NCBI GenBank assembly: GCA_965248355.1
Contig: OZ252098.1
Coordinates: forward strand, 3,424,001 to 3,488,000
Length of the DNA: 64,000 bases
Reading direction: 5' to 3'
From: Candidatus Latescibacterota bacterium
GTDB lineage: Bacteria > Latescibacterota > UBA2968 > UBA8231
The notes beneath the pieces were generated by a model that saw only the letters and a list, made by a program, of their open reading frames with translations, did no database searches and was not told the DNA's origin. Positions 1-9,400 of this stretch are shown in pieces. The number at the start of each line of letters is the position of its first letter. The first letter of the stretch is position 1. Position numbers and translations under genes: made by a program.

Positions 1-69
1 CTGGCCGTGGGAGAACTTGCGGTACTCCGTGACCACGGCGGCGATCTTCGGTCTGCGGTCGGCGCTCAA
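1..69 (-). CDS. 5' end of a conserved hypothetical protein (partial, runs off window)
   Basis: TTG at 69 gives MSADRRPKIAAVVTEYRKFSHGQ..., a protein-like N-terminus with GC3-rich codons; not in the ORF track because it is truncated. Confidence 0.6.
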   Translation of the reverse strand, partial: MSADRRPKIAAVVTEYRKFSHGQ

Positions 70-193
70 GGGCGGGTGCCTTCTGATGATCCGGCGCTGC
101 GAGGGCGAGGGGCCTCAAGATAGAGCCGCGCCGCACCTCGCTCCAGGCTTGCGGGCCGGACGGGCCGTGGCCCCTGCTTTGGTCTGGCCCCGT

Positions 194-1162
194 CTACTGG
201 AGGGCGGCCTTGATGCGCGCCCAGGAGGACGGCTCCACGGCGGAGCCCTCGTCCCCGTCGTAGACGGATGGATCCTCTCCGGCGCCGAGCAGCAGACCGT
301 CGACGAAGAAATCGGCGTAGCGGAAGGATGGTTGCTCGGTCAGGGACAGACGGATCCCGCCCTCATATGGAGGCTGGGGATCGTCGTTGTCCCACATCGA
401 GATCTCGAATCCGATGACCTTGCCCGGGTAGAGTTCCGAAGCCACGGAGGCCTCCTCGTCGTCGTAGATGAGGTCGTCGAAGGGGGTCACCCGGAGCTCG
501 GTGACCGAGATCGCCGGGCCCTCGCCGAGAGCGCCGCCCCCGGCCGCGGCGTACGGCTCCCGGGCAACCCACTCGTTGGCGACGCCCAGAAAGTGCAGAT
601 GCTCGCCGTCGGGCGCCTCGCCGATCGCAAGCCAGGTCTGCGCCTGACGTTGGTTCTCCAGGAGTTCCTCGCGCGGGCAGTCCCGGCACCACGCCCAGTT
701 CACGTAGCGGTATCGCCCACCGGAGTGGTCGCCGTCGAGAACCAGGATGATGACGGAATCCCAGAATTCCAGGTTCATGGCATCCCCGCCGAGGACGTTG
801 ACGTAGAGGTCATCCACCCCCTCGAAGCGGTTGACGTAGAGGTCATCGACGCGCTCCATGGCAGCCCAGATGGTACCGCTGCCCTGGTGCCAGGCGAGCC
901 AGATGCGGAAGTCCAGGTTTGATGGATCATATTCCGCTGGCTCGCTTTGAGTCCCCCAGACGAAGTCGACGGCGGTGAGCGAGGGCTCCCCGACGACCTC
1001 GTACCAATCCTCGACGCTCCCGTCGGTCAGGTCGATGCGGTCCAGATCCTCGTCGAGGAGCTCGTAGAAGGGGTAGATCTCGTCGCCGATGTGGGCGTGG
1101 CCACGGCCGGCCGGGATCAAGACAAGGAGAAACACCGCCTGAACAATCCACGGTCGCATCAT
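194..1162 (-). CDS. Secreted acidic hypothetical protein (CBM9/DOMON-like beta-sandwich suspected) with C-terminal SAVEPSSWARIK tail
   Basis: RBS AAGGAGGAG before ATG 1162; signal peptide MMRPWIVQAVFLLVLIPAGRGHA; DGSVEDW, LDGDHSGG and GFEISMWDND motifs. Confidence 0.75.
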   Translation of the reverse strand: MMRPWIVQAVFLLVLIPAGRGHAHIGDEIYPFYELLDEDLDRIDLTDGSVEDWYEVVGEPSLTAVDFVWGTQSEPAEYDPSNLDFRIWLAWHQGSGTIWAAMERVDDLYVNRFEGVDDLYVNVLGGDAMNLEFWDSVIILVLDGDHSGGRYRYVNWAWCRDCPREELLENQRQAQTWLAIGEAPDGEHLHFLGVANEWVAREPYAAAGGGALGEGPAISVTELRVTPFDDLIYDDEEASVASELYPGKVIGFEISMWDNDDPQPPYEGGIRLSLTEQPSFRYADFFVDGLLLGAGEDPSVYDGDEGSAVEPSSWARIKAALQ

Positions 1163-1428
1163 GCTCCTCCTTTTCGCGGCACGAACAGGACTACCTCCGG
1201 ATGGAGGCAGGTCAGCGGAGGGAGTACTGCCCCCCTGCGGCCAGGTCGGGTCGATGGCAGATACTGAGGGATCGACAGACCTGCAACGAGAATCGGCGGG
1301 GGCCAGCCTCCCGCCGCCCGGCATCGGGACAGCAGAGGCATCGGCGCATGACACTCCATAGCTTCGAGCGGGGAGAGGCGAGTCCAAGACTCGCCTCCGG
1401 CCCATCACCTGACCAGGAGGTTGCCCGC

Positions 1429-2475
1429 ATGAAACAGGTCTTTCCCGACATGTACTGCTGGTCCGTCTTCAACGAGGACCGGCAGATCGACTTCAACGGC
1501 CATCTGTGGGTGCGGGAGGAGGGGAACGTCCTCTTCGATCCGGTACCGATGATCGAGTCCGACCTGGCTCAGCTCGACCGGCTGGGAGGGGCCGCCTGGA
1601 TCGTGGTGACCAACCGCGACCACGAGCGCGAGGCCGGCGCCTTCCGGGAGCGCACCGGCGCCCGGGTGATCGCCCACGAGGCCGACGCCGACACCCTGAC
1701 CGCGAGCGTCGACCGCGCCGTCCGGGAGGGGGAGATCCTCCCCGGGCTGGAGGCCGTCCACCTGGAGCACGGCAAGAGCCAGGGCGAGATCGCCGTGTAC
1801 TGGCCGGAGCGGGAGACGATCCTGGCCGGCGACCTGGTCGTCGGCGCCCCCGTGGGACGGCTGAGCCTGCTGGGCGACGAGAAGCTCGACGACGCGCCGG
1901 CGGCCGCCCGGGAGTGCCGCAAGCTCCTGGCCCTCCCCTTCGACGCCATGCTGGTCGGCGACGGGCACTCCCTCGTCACCGGGGCCCGCGAGCAGCTGCT
2001 CCGCTGCCTGGAGGCCCGCACCGACATCCACGTCAACCACATCCACGCCGACGAGGTGCCGTGGGTACCGTACTTCGACCGGGAGGGCTACCGCTGGGAC
2101 AGCAAGGACCTGGACGCGCTCGTGGGGGCCCGCCGGCTGGGATACCAGATGATTCGCCTGCCGCCGGGCCAGTCGACCTACCCCTATCACCTGCACCACT
2201 TCGGCGAGGAGCTGTTCGTCGTCCTGCAGGGCGAGTGCACCCTGCGCTCGGACCGGGGATCCTGGACCGTGCGCGCGGGATCCTACATCGCCTGCCCACC
2301 CGGACCCAGCGGCACCCACAAGTTCACCAACGAGAGCTCGGGCGACTGCGTGCTGCTGGCCGTGGGAGAACAGCTGGCGCACGACGTGTGCGAGTACCCC
2401 GACTCGGACAAGGTGGGGCTGCGCGCCGGGAGATTCCGCAAGGGGGATGCGGTAGCGTACTGGGACGGGGAGTGA
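1429..2475 (+). CDS. Metallo-beta-lactamase-fold domain fused to a cupin domain
   Basis: AGGAGG RBS before ATG 1429; degenerate MBL motif TNRDHER plus AGDL and GDGH; cupin motifs YHLHHFGEELFVVLQG and PPGPSGTHKFTN. Confidence 0.8.
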   Translation: MKQVFPDMYCWSVFNEDRQIDFNGHLWVREEGNVLFDPVPMIESDLAQLDRLGGAAWIVVTNRDHEREAGAFRERTGARVIAHEADADTLTASVDRAVREGEILPGLEAVHLEHGKSQGEIAVYWPERETILAGDLVVGAPVGRLSLLGDEKLDDAPAAARECRKLLALPFDAMLVGDGHSLVTGAREQLLRCLEARTDIHVNHIHADEVPWVPYFDREGYRWDSKDLDALVGARRLGYQMIRLPPGQSTYPYHLHHFGEELFVVLQGECTLRSDRGSWTVRAGSYIACPPGPSGTHKFTNESSGDCVLLAVGEQLAHDVCEYPDSDKVGLRAGRFRKGDAVAYWDGE

Positions 2476-2551
2476 GCCGGAGAGCTGCTTGCCGGCGGCC
2501 CCGGCCGGCGGTACCCTAACGCGCCCCCCGGCTCCCCGTCAGGAAGAGACC

Positions 2552-4819
2552 ATGAACAGCATCCAGGCCGCCGTTGCGGGCCAGGCTCGCCGCAACAGGA
2601 AGCTCCTGTCCGGCGCCCGCTACCTCGGCGAGAGCATCTACTCCACCGTCCTGCCCCTGAGAGTCGACCTCGACTCGGCCTCCGGGCTGACCGCCGAGCA
2701 GAGCGGGGCCCTGGAGGGGCTGCAGATCGAGGCGGCGCGCACCGCCATCCGGTCGCTGGCCTCGCTGGCCGCCATCGGCGAGCTGGACCACCTCGGCGGC
2801 GGCCTCGAGCTGATCCCCGCCCTCACCCTCACCCTCGCCGTCACCGACTACGAGCGCGTCGAGTACACCATCGAGCACGCCCACGCGAGCGTCGGCTACT
2901 ACGGGACCCTGGCCGCCTGCGGGTTCATCGACGAGGACGCCGTGGTCGACGACTTCCGCCGCGGCCTCGACCTGCCCGGCCACGTCTCCTGGCTCCCCGG
3001 CGGCACCCAGCTCAACGGCGGCCGTCTGGGCGTCATGATTCCCGCCGCCGTCGGCATGGCCCTGGGCAAGCGGGCCCGCCGGGATGACGGCGCCTGGGTC
3101 GTGGTGCACTGCGGCGACGCCGGCTGGGTCTCGGGACAGGCCCTCAACGGCTTCAACGGCGCCGACGTGGGGCGGGCGCCGATCACCTTCGTCATGCACC
3201 GCAACGGCATCCAGCTCTCCGGCGCGACCCGGTCGATCATGGACAAGGACCCGCGGCCGATCATCGAGTCCCTCGGCGTGCGCATCCTCGAGATCCCCAC
3301 CCTCCACGACTCGGCCGCCCTCTTCGAGGCCTACCGCGAGGGCTGGCGCCTGGCCCGGGAGGGCACGCCGAACCTGATCTACCCCACCGGCTACCGGTCC
3401 CACGAGGACCACGGCATCGTCGACCTGCGCTGGTTCGGCGAGCGCTACGGCGTCACCGAGCGGGTCGCGGCCATGGCCGCGGCCAACGGCGTCTCCATGA
3501 GGCGGCCCGTGTGGGTCCCCGGATCGTTGATGAGCTTCCGCGACGACGGCCCCATGGTGGAGTGCCTCTTCCTGGTCAACGACCTGCCCGGCGGCGAGGG
3601 CCATCACGACGGCCACATGAAGGACCGCGGCGAGGCCGAGGTCCTGGCCGGACCGATGTTCCAGCCCACAGAGGCACAGCGCGCCGCTATCGATGGCCTG
3701 CGCAAGGCCGCCCCCCGCGAGGTCGTCACCCGCGCCCGGCCGGCGCCCGGAAGCCCCAACCTGGTGCTCACCGCCGATCAGCGGTCGGCCGCCGATCTGC
3801 CGGGAGCGGGGGAGCAGGCGAGCGCGCGCAACGGCTCCGAGGCCGGGTACGCCGCCGTGGCCGCGGCCCACCCGGAGGCGATGTTCGTGGTCAGTTGCGA
3901 CCTCGACGCCTCGACCAAGCTCGGCAAGGCCCGAGCCCTGCTGGCGCCGGACCACGCCTTCGAGATGAGCATCGAGGAGCAGGCCGCCTGCCTCATCGCC
4001 GACGGGCTGGCCGTCAGCTCCCGCAGCCCCCAGCTGAACGTGGTCTCCACCTTCGCCGCCTTCTTCGAGGGGATCGCCCGCGAGGGCTTCGACATGTGGC
4101 GCTACCAGCGCAACCTCACCGGCGTCAACGAGGGGCTCAACGTCACCTTCCACCTCTCCCACGTGGGCGCCTGCACCGGCCGCGACCACTTCTCCGGCTG
4201 GGGCCTGGACTGGATCAACGTGGGGCTCACCTACCTGCCCTACCTGCACCGGTTCTACGCGCCCGCCGACGCGCGCTCCGCCTTCCTGGCCGTGGTCGAT
4301 CTGGCCGCCCACTACGGCGGTCACGTCATCGGCATCCCCCGGGACAACCTGCCGGTCCTGGAGAAGCAGGACGGCTCCGGGCCGCTGTGGGAACCGGCGG
4401 ACCCGTGGGAGCCGGTCACCGCCTACCGCCGCAACGAGGGCGCCGAGCGGGCCATCCTCGCCTTCGGGGCGCCAGCCTTCCTGGCCGGTGACGCGGCGGG
4501 GACGCTGGGCCGCCAGGGCCGGCCCACGGACGTGCACATCGTCAACGGCCTGCCCCTGACCGAGCGCGAGCTGGAGCGGCTGCTGGCCCCCTACCCGGGC
4601 GGGGTCGTCACCGTGGAGGACGGCTTCATCGGCACGCCGCAGACCGGCGTGCGGGGGTTCGCGGGGCTGGTGGCCGCCAAGGCCGCCGAGGCGGGTATGC
4701 CCGTGGCCCACGTCGGGATCACCGATCCGACGACGGCGCCCTCCGACGGACACATGGAGACCTGGAGGCACTTCGGCATCACCTGGCGAGCCCTGGTCGC
4801 GGCGGTCCGACGGCTGTAA
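2552..4819 (+). CDS. Transketolase-like thiamine-diphosphate-dependent enzyme (single chain)
   Basis: DHLGGGL, HAHAS, LPGH, GRLG; ThDP motif GDAG...HRNGIQL; CDLDAST, EMSIEEQ, STFAAFF; C-terminal VTVEDG. Confidence 0.75.
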   Translation: MNSIQAAVAGQARRNRKLLSGARYLGESIYSTVLPLRVDLDSASGLTAEQSGALEGLQIEAARTAIRSLASLAAIGELDHLGGGLELIPALTLTLAVTDYERVEYTIEHAHASVGYYGTLAACGFIDEDAVVDDFRRGLDLPGHVSWLPGGTQLNGGRLGVMIPAAVGMALGKRARRDDGAWVVVHCGDAGWVSGQALNGFNGADVGRAPITFVMHRNGIQLSGATRSIMDKDPRPIIESLGVRILEIPTLHDSAALFEAYREGWRLAREGTPNLIYPTGYRSHEDHGIVDLRWFGERYGVTERVAAMAAANGVSMRRPVWVPGSLMSFRDDGPMVECLFLVNDLPGGEGHHDGHMKDRGEAEVLAGPMFQPTEAQRAAIDGLRKAAPREVVTRARPAPGSPNLVLTADQRSAADLPGAGEQASARNGSEAGYAAVAAAHPEAMFVVSCDLDASTKLGKARALLAPDHAFEMSIEEQAACLIADGLAVSSRSPQLNVVSTFAAFFEGIAREGFDMWRYQRNLTGVNEGLNVTFHLSHVGACTGRDHFSGWGLDWINVGLTYLPYLHRFYAPADARSAFLAVVDLAAHYGGHVIGIPRDNLPVLEKQDGSGPLWEPADPWEPVTAYRRNEGAERAILAFGAPAFLAGDAAGTLGRQGRPTDVHIVNGLPLTERELERLLAPYPGGVVTVEDGFIGTPQTGVRGFAGLVAAKAAEAGMPVAHVGITDPTTAPSDGHMETWRHFGITWRALVAAVRRL

Positions 4820-4845
4820 TCGCAACCGACAAGGAAAGGGAGACG

Positions 4846-5508
4846 ATGAGGATGAGACGGATCGCGACGATCGCCGCGGGCGCAGCGCTGGCGGGGATGG
4901 CCGCCTGCGGAACCTCGGAGGAGGGAGGCACAATGGGAGGCGACATGGGAGCGCTGATGGACCCGGCGGGCGCTGAGATGACTCAGGAGGCCCCGGCCAC
5001 CTTCAAGGCGCGGTTCGAGACCACCAAGGGGTCTTTCGTGGTCGAGGTGGAGCGCCGCTTGGCGCCGAACGGCGCCGACCGGTTCTTCAACCTCGTACGC
5101 CACGGTTACTACAACGGCAACAAGCTGTTCCGCGTCATCCCCGGGTTCGTGGTGCAGTGGGGGATGAGCGGCGACCCGGCCCTCAACAAGGTGTGGCACA
5201 TGGCCCGGATCCCCGACGACCCGGTGATGACCAGCAACGAGCCCGGCACCATCACCTTCGCCATGGCGGGGCCGAACACGCGCACGACTCAGCTCTTCAT
5301 CAACTACAAGAACAACGCCGGCCTCGACGGCCAGGGCTTCTCCCCCTTCGGCCGGGTCGTCGAGGGCATGGAGGTGGTGGAGTCCTTCAACGCCGAGTAC
5401 GGCGGCACGCCGGCCGCCAACCAGCAGAACATCGGTGCGAAGGGCGACGCCTTTCTCGAGAAGAACTTCCCCAATCTCGACGCCATCCTGACCGCCACGA
5501 TCGAGTAG
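4846..5508 (+). CDS. Cyclophilin-type peptidyl-prolyl cis-trans isomerase (lipoprotein)
   Basis: Lipobox MAAC; FETTKG, FRVIPGFVVQWG, FAMAGPNTRTTQLFIN, FGRVVEGMEVV. Confidence 0.93.
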   Translation: MRMRRIATIAAGAALAGMAACGTSEEGGTMGGDMGALMDPAGAEMTQEAPATFKARFETTKGSFVVEVERRLAPNGADRFFNLVRHGYYNGNKLFRVIPGFVVQWGMSGDPALNKVWHMARIPDDPVMTSNEPGTITFAMAGPNTRTTQLFINYKNNAGLDGQGFSPFGRVVEGMEVVESFNAEYGGTPAANQQNIGAKGDAFLEKNFPNLDAILTATIE

Positions 5509-5517
5509 CCGGGCTCG

Positions 5518-6432
5518 TTGGCCGGCTACCGCATCGACCACATCGGTCCCGGCGCCGCCTCCCTGGCGCTGCTGACCGCCGTGCTCTGGGGCGGCAACCA
5601 GGTGGCCATCGAGGCCGGCCTGGAGGGGCTGCCGCCCCTGGCCCTCGGCGCCGCCCGCTTCGCCATCGGCTGGGCGGTGGTCGCCGCCGCCGCCGCCGTA
5701 ACCCGGGAGCCGGTGGCCCTGGCTCCCGGCCAGCGGGTCCCCCTCCTCGGCCTTACCCTGCTCTTCGTCGCCCAGATCAGCTCCCTCAACATCGGCTCCG
5801 ACCACACCACCTCGAGCCGCGCCATCGTCGTCATCTCGGCCTATCCCTTCTTCACCGCCATCTTCTCCCACCTGCTGATCCCCGGAGACCGCCTCGCCCC
5901 CCGGATGGTGCTCGGCATGGTGCTCTCCTTCGGCGGCATCCTGTGGATGTTCGCCGAGAGTCTCTCCTGGCGCTCGACGGCCTATCTCCTCGGCGACGCC
6001 GTGGTCCTGCTCAGCGCCTCCCTCCTGGGCCTGCGGCAGGTGGTGATCAAGCGCCTCGTCTCCGGCCTGCATCCCTACAAGGTCCTGTTCTGGCAGGCCC
6101 TGCTGAGCGTGCCCGTCTTCGCGGGCTTGAGCCTTCTCTTCGAAGGCACGTCGGGGTACGCCTGGAACACGGGGGCGGTCCTGGGCGTGCTCTACCAGGG
6201 TATCGTGGTGGCCGGGGCCTGCTTCATCATCCTCGTCCACCTGCTGACCCGGCACAGCGCCGGCCGCCTCGGCGTCTACGGCTTCGTCACCCCCGCCGTC
6301 GGAGTGGCGCTGAGCATGTGGATCATGGACGAGGTGCCGACCCCGGCCGTGGCCGGCAGCATGGCCCTGGTGGCCGCCGGCATCGCCGTGTCGCAGACGG
6401 CGCCGCGGGCCCCCGAGCCGGGCCGGGCCTGA
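5518..6432 (+). CDS. DMT/EamA family transporter
   Basis: About 10 hydrophobic helices; LWGGN, ARF, PFFTAIFSH motifs. Confidence 0.88.
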   Translation: MAGYRIDHIGPGAASLALLTAVLWGGNQVAIEAGLEGLPPLALGAARFAIGWAVVAAAAAVTREPVALAPGQRVPLLGLTLLFVAQISSLNIGSDHTTSSRAIVVISAYPFFTAIFSHLLIPGDRLAPRMVLGMVLSFGGILWMFAESLSWRSTAYLLGDAVVLLSASLLGLRQVVIKRLVSGLHPYKVLFWQALLSVPVFAGLSLLFEGTSGYAWNTGAVLGVLYQGIVVAGACFIILVHLLTRHSAGRLGVYGFVTPAVGVALSMWIMDEVPTPAVAGSMALVAAGIAVSQTAPRAPEPGRA

Positions 6433-6468
6433 GCGGGCTCCCCCCCGTATATTTCCGTCCCTTCCCCC

Positions 6469-9400
6469 ATGTCTCGAATGGAATTCGTCGCCGACATCCA
6501 CCTGCACTCGCGCTGGTCGCGGGCCACCAGCCGCGACTTGAACCCCGAGAGCATGCACAAGTGGTCGCAGCTGAAGGGGATCGGCGTCGTCGGCACGGCC
6601 GACTTCACCCACCCGGAGTGGCTGGCGGAGCTGAAGGAGAAGCTGGAGCCGGCGGAGGAGGGGCTCTTCCGCCTGCGGCCGAAGCTCGCCGCCGCCGTCG
6701 ACGGGCAGGTGCCGCCCTCGTGCCGGGGCGAGGTCCGCTTCCTGCTGACCGTGGAGATCAGCTCCATCTACAAGCGCGGCGGGCGCACCCGCAAGGTCCA
6801 CAACGTCGTCTGCCTGCCCGGCTTCGACGCCGTGGACGATCTCGACCGGCGGCTCTCGGCGATCGGCAACCTGGCCTCGGACGGACGCCCCATCCTCGGC
6901 CTCGACAGCCGCGACCTGCTGGAGATCTGCCTCGAGGTCGATCCCCGGGTGCTGTTCATCCCCGCCCACATCTGGACGCCCCACTTCGCCGTCCTCGGGG
7001 CGAGTTCCGGCTTCGACAGCCTTCAGGAGTGCTTCGACGACCTGCTCCCCCACATCTTCGCCGTCGAGACCGGCCTCTCCTCCGACCCGCCCATGAACAG
7101 CCGGCTGTCCGCCCTCGACCGCTACGCCGTGGTCTCCAACTCCGACGCCCACTCGCCCTCCCGCCTCGGGCGCGAGGCGACCTGCTTCGACACGGAGTTG
7201 TCCTACACCGGCATCCTCGAGGCGCTCCGGTCCCGCGACCCTTCGCGGTTCACCGGCACCATCGAGTTCTACCCCGAGGAGGGGAAGTACCACTACGACG
7301 GGCACCGCAAGTGCGGGGTCCGCTGGAAGCCGGCCGAGACGAGGGCCGCCGACGGTCTCTGCCCACGGTGCGGCCGCAAGCTCACGGTGGGGGTCCTGCA
7401 CCGCGTCGAGAATCTGGCCGACCGCGGCGAGGAGGAGAGGCCGCCCGTGGACCGGCCCTTCGAGTACCTCATCGCCCTCGACGAGGTGATCGGCTCCTGC
7501 ATCGGCGTGGGACCGAAGAGCAAGAGGGTGCAGGGCGTCTACCGGCACCTGCTCGAGCAGCTCGGCCCGGAGCTGCCGCTGCTGCGCGCCGCCGACCCGG
7601 AGCACATCGCCGCCTGCGGAGAGCCGCTGGTGGCCGAGGGCGTGCGCCGCATGCGCCAGGGCCGCGTGGCTATCGAGCCCGGTTACGACGGCGAGTACGG
7701 CGTGATTCAGGTCTTCACCGGCGAGGAGCGCCGGCGGCTGGAGGGCCAGGGCCGGCTGTTCAACCTGGCTCCGGAGGAGGCGAGTCCCGCCGCGCCGTCC
7801 GCTGCCGCGGCCGTCGACACCGGGGCGGTCGACGCGGCGGCTGCCGGAGCCCCGCCTGTGGACGCGGCGGCCGTGGACGCCGCCGACGTGGTGGAGCGCA
7901 TCGCCTCGGGGCCCGTCGAGGGAGAGTCGCGGGTCGACTCGCTGCTGGAGGCTGCGCAGGACATCGCCGCAGGCATGACCCTCGAGGGGCTTGACGACGA
8001 TCAGCAAGAGGCGGTGAGGGCCCCTGGCCCGGTGGCCGTGATCGCGGGACCCGGCTCCGGCAAGACGAGGACGCTGACGCGGCGGATCGCCTGGCTGGTC
8101 CGCGAGCAGTCCTGCCCGCCGGAGCGCATCGCCGCCGTCACCTTCACGCAGCGGGCGGCCCGGGAGATGGGGGAGCGCCTGGAGGACCTGCTGGGCGAGC
8201 AGGCCGGCGCCGTGCGCGTGGGCACCTTTCACCGGCTGGCCATCGGCTGGACCACCGGGCTCACCGGCGCCGATGCGCCGCTGGTGGTGGACGAGGCCGA
8301 GTCCCTCGGCCTGCTGCGCGACGTGCTCGCCCGGCCGGGGAAGGCCCCGGCGCCGGCCCGCCAGGTGCGGGAACGAATCTCGCGCTGGAAGGCGGATGGC
8401 CTGCGCCCCTCGGACCTGGCCGGCGAGCCGCTGGCCGCCGCCTACGGCGCCTACCAGGAGCGCCTGGACGCCTGTGGCGCCCGGGACTACGACGACCTCC
8501 TCCTCGACCTGCTGGAACTGCTGCGGGGAAGCGAGTCAGCGGCCCGCCAGGCCGCCGCCGGCCACGACCACCTGCTCGTCGACGAGTTCCAGGACGTCAA
8601 CGCCGTCCAGTACGAGCTGGTGAAGCGGCTGGCCGGCTCCGGCGAGGGTCTGTTCGTCATCGGCGACCCCGATCAGGCGATCTACGGGTTCCGGGGCGCC
8701 GACCCCGGGTTCTTCACCCGCCTGGGCCAGGACTTCCCCGCCATCTCCGTGCACCGGCTGGACCGCAACTACCGCAGCGACCCGGGCATCGTGGCCGCCT
8801 CCCGGGCGGTGATCGCCGGCGGCCGGCCAAGGGCCATCGGCGCCGAGGCCGCCGGGGATGGACCCGTCCCCTGCGTGCGTCTCGTCGAAGCCGGCAGCGA
8901 GCAGGCGGAGGGCATCGCCGTGGTTCACGCCGTGCAGGAGCTGGTGGGCGGCACCGACATGGTCGCCACCGACCGGGCCAGCGGGGTCTCCGAGCCCGGG
9001 AGCTACGCCTTCGACGACGTGGCCGTGCTCTTCCGCACCGGCCGCCAGGCCGCCGTGCTGGAGGAGTGCTTCCTCACCGAAGGCCTGCCGTACTCCATCT
9101 CCGGTCCGCGGCGGTTCCTCGAGGAGCGGGGAGCCCGGGACGCCGTCGCCTTCTTCCGCTACGCCCTGAAGCAGGAGCGGCCCCTGCGCATGCTGGAGGC
9201 CCTGCGCACCGGGCCCTTCGACGCCGGGGCCGCGGCCCTGGGGCGGTTGTCGGCGGCGATCGCCTCGCCGGAGGAGATGGAGGCCGCCGTGGGCGGGCTC
9301 TCCACCGGCGCCGCCGCCAAGGTGGAGGCCCTGCGCCGCGCCGCCGCCGGGTACGCCCGCCGCGCCGACGACGAGCCCCCCGACAAGGTGCTGCGCGTCT

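Noticed and set aside
4591..8232. Long antisense ORFs (also 2516-4933, 11405-13519, 13438-15804, 58306-60657 and others)
   Set aside because: Shadow ORFs expected from high GC3 codon usage; no motifs, and they overlap well-supported genes
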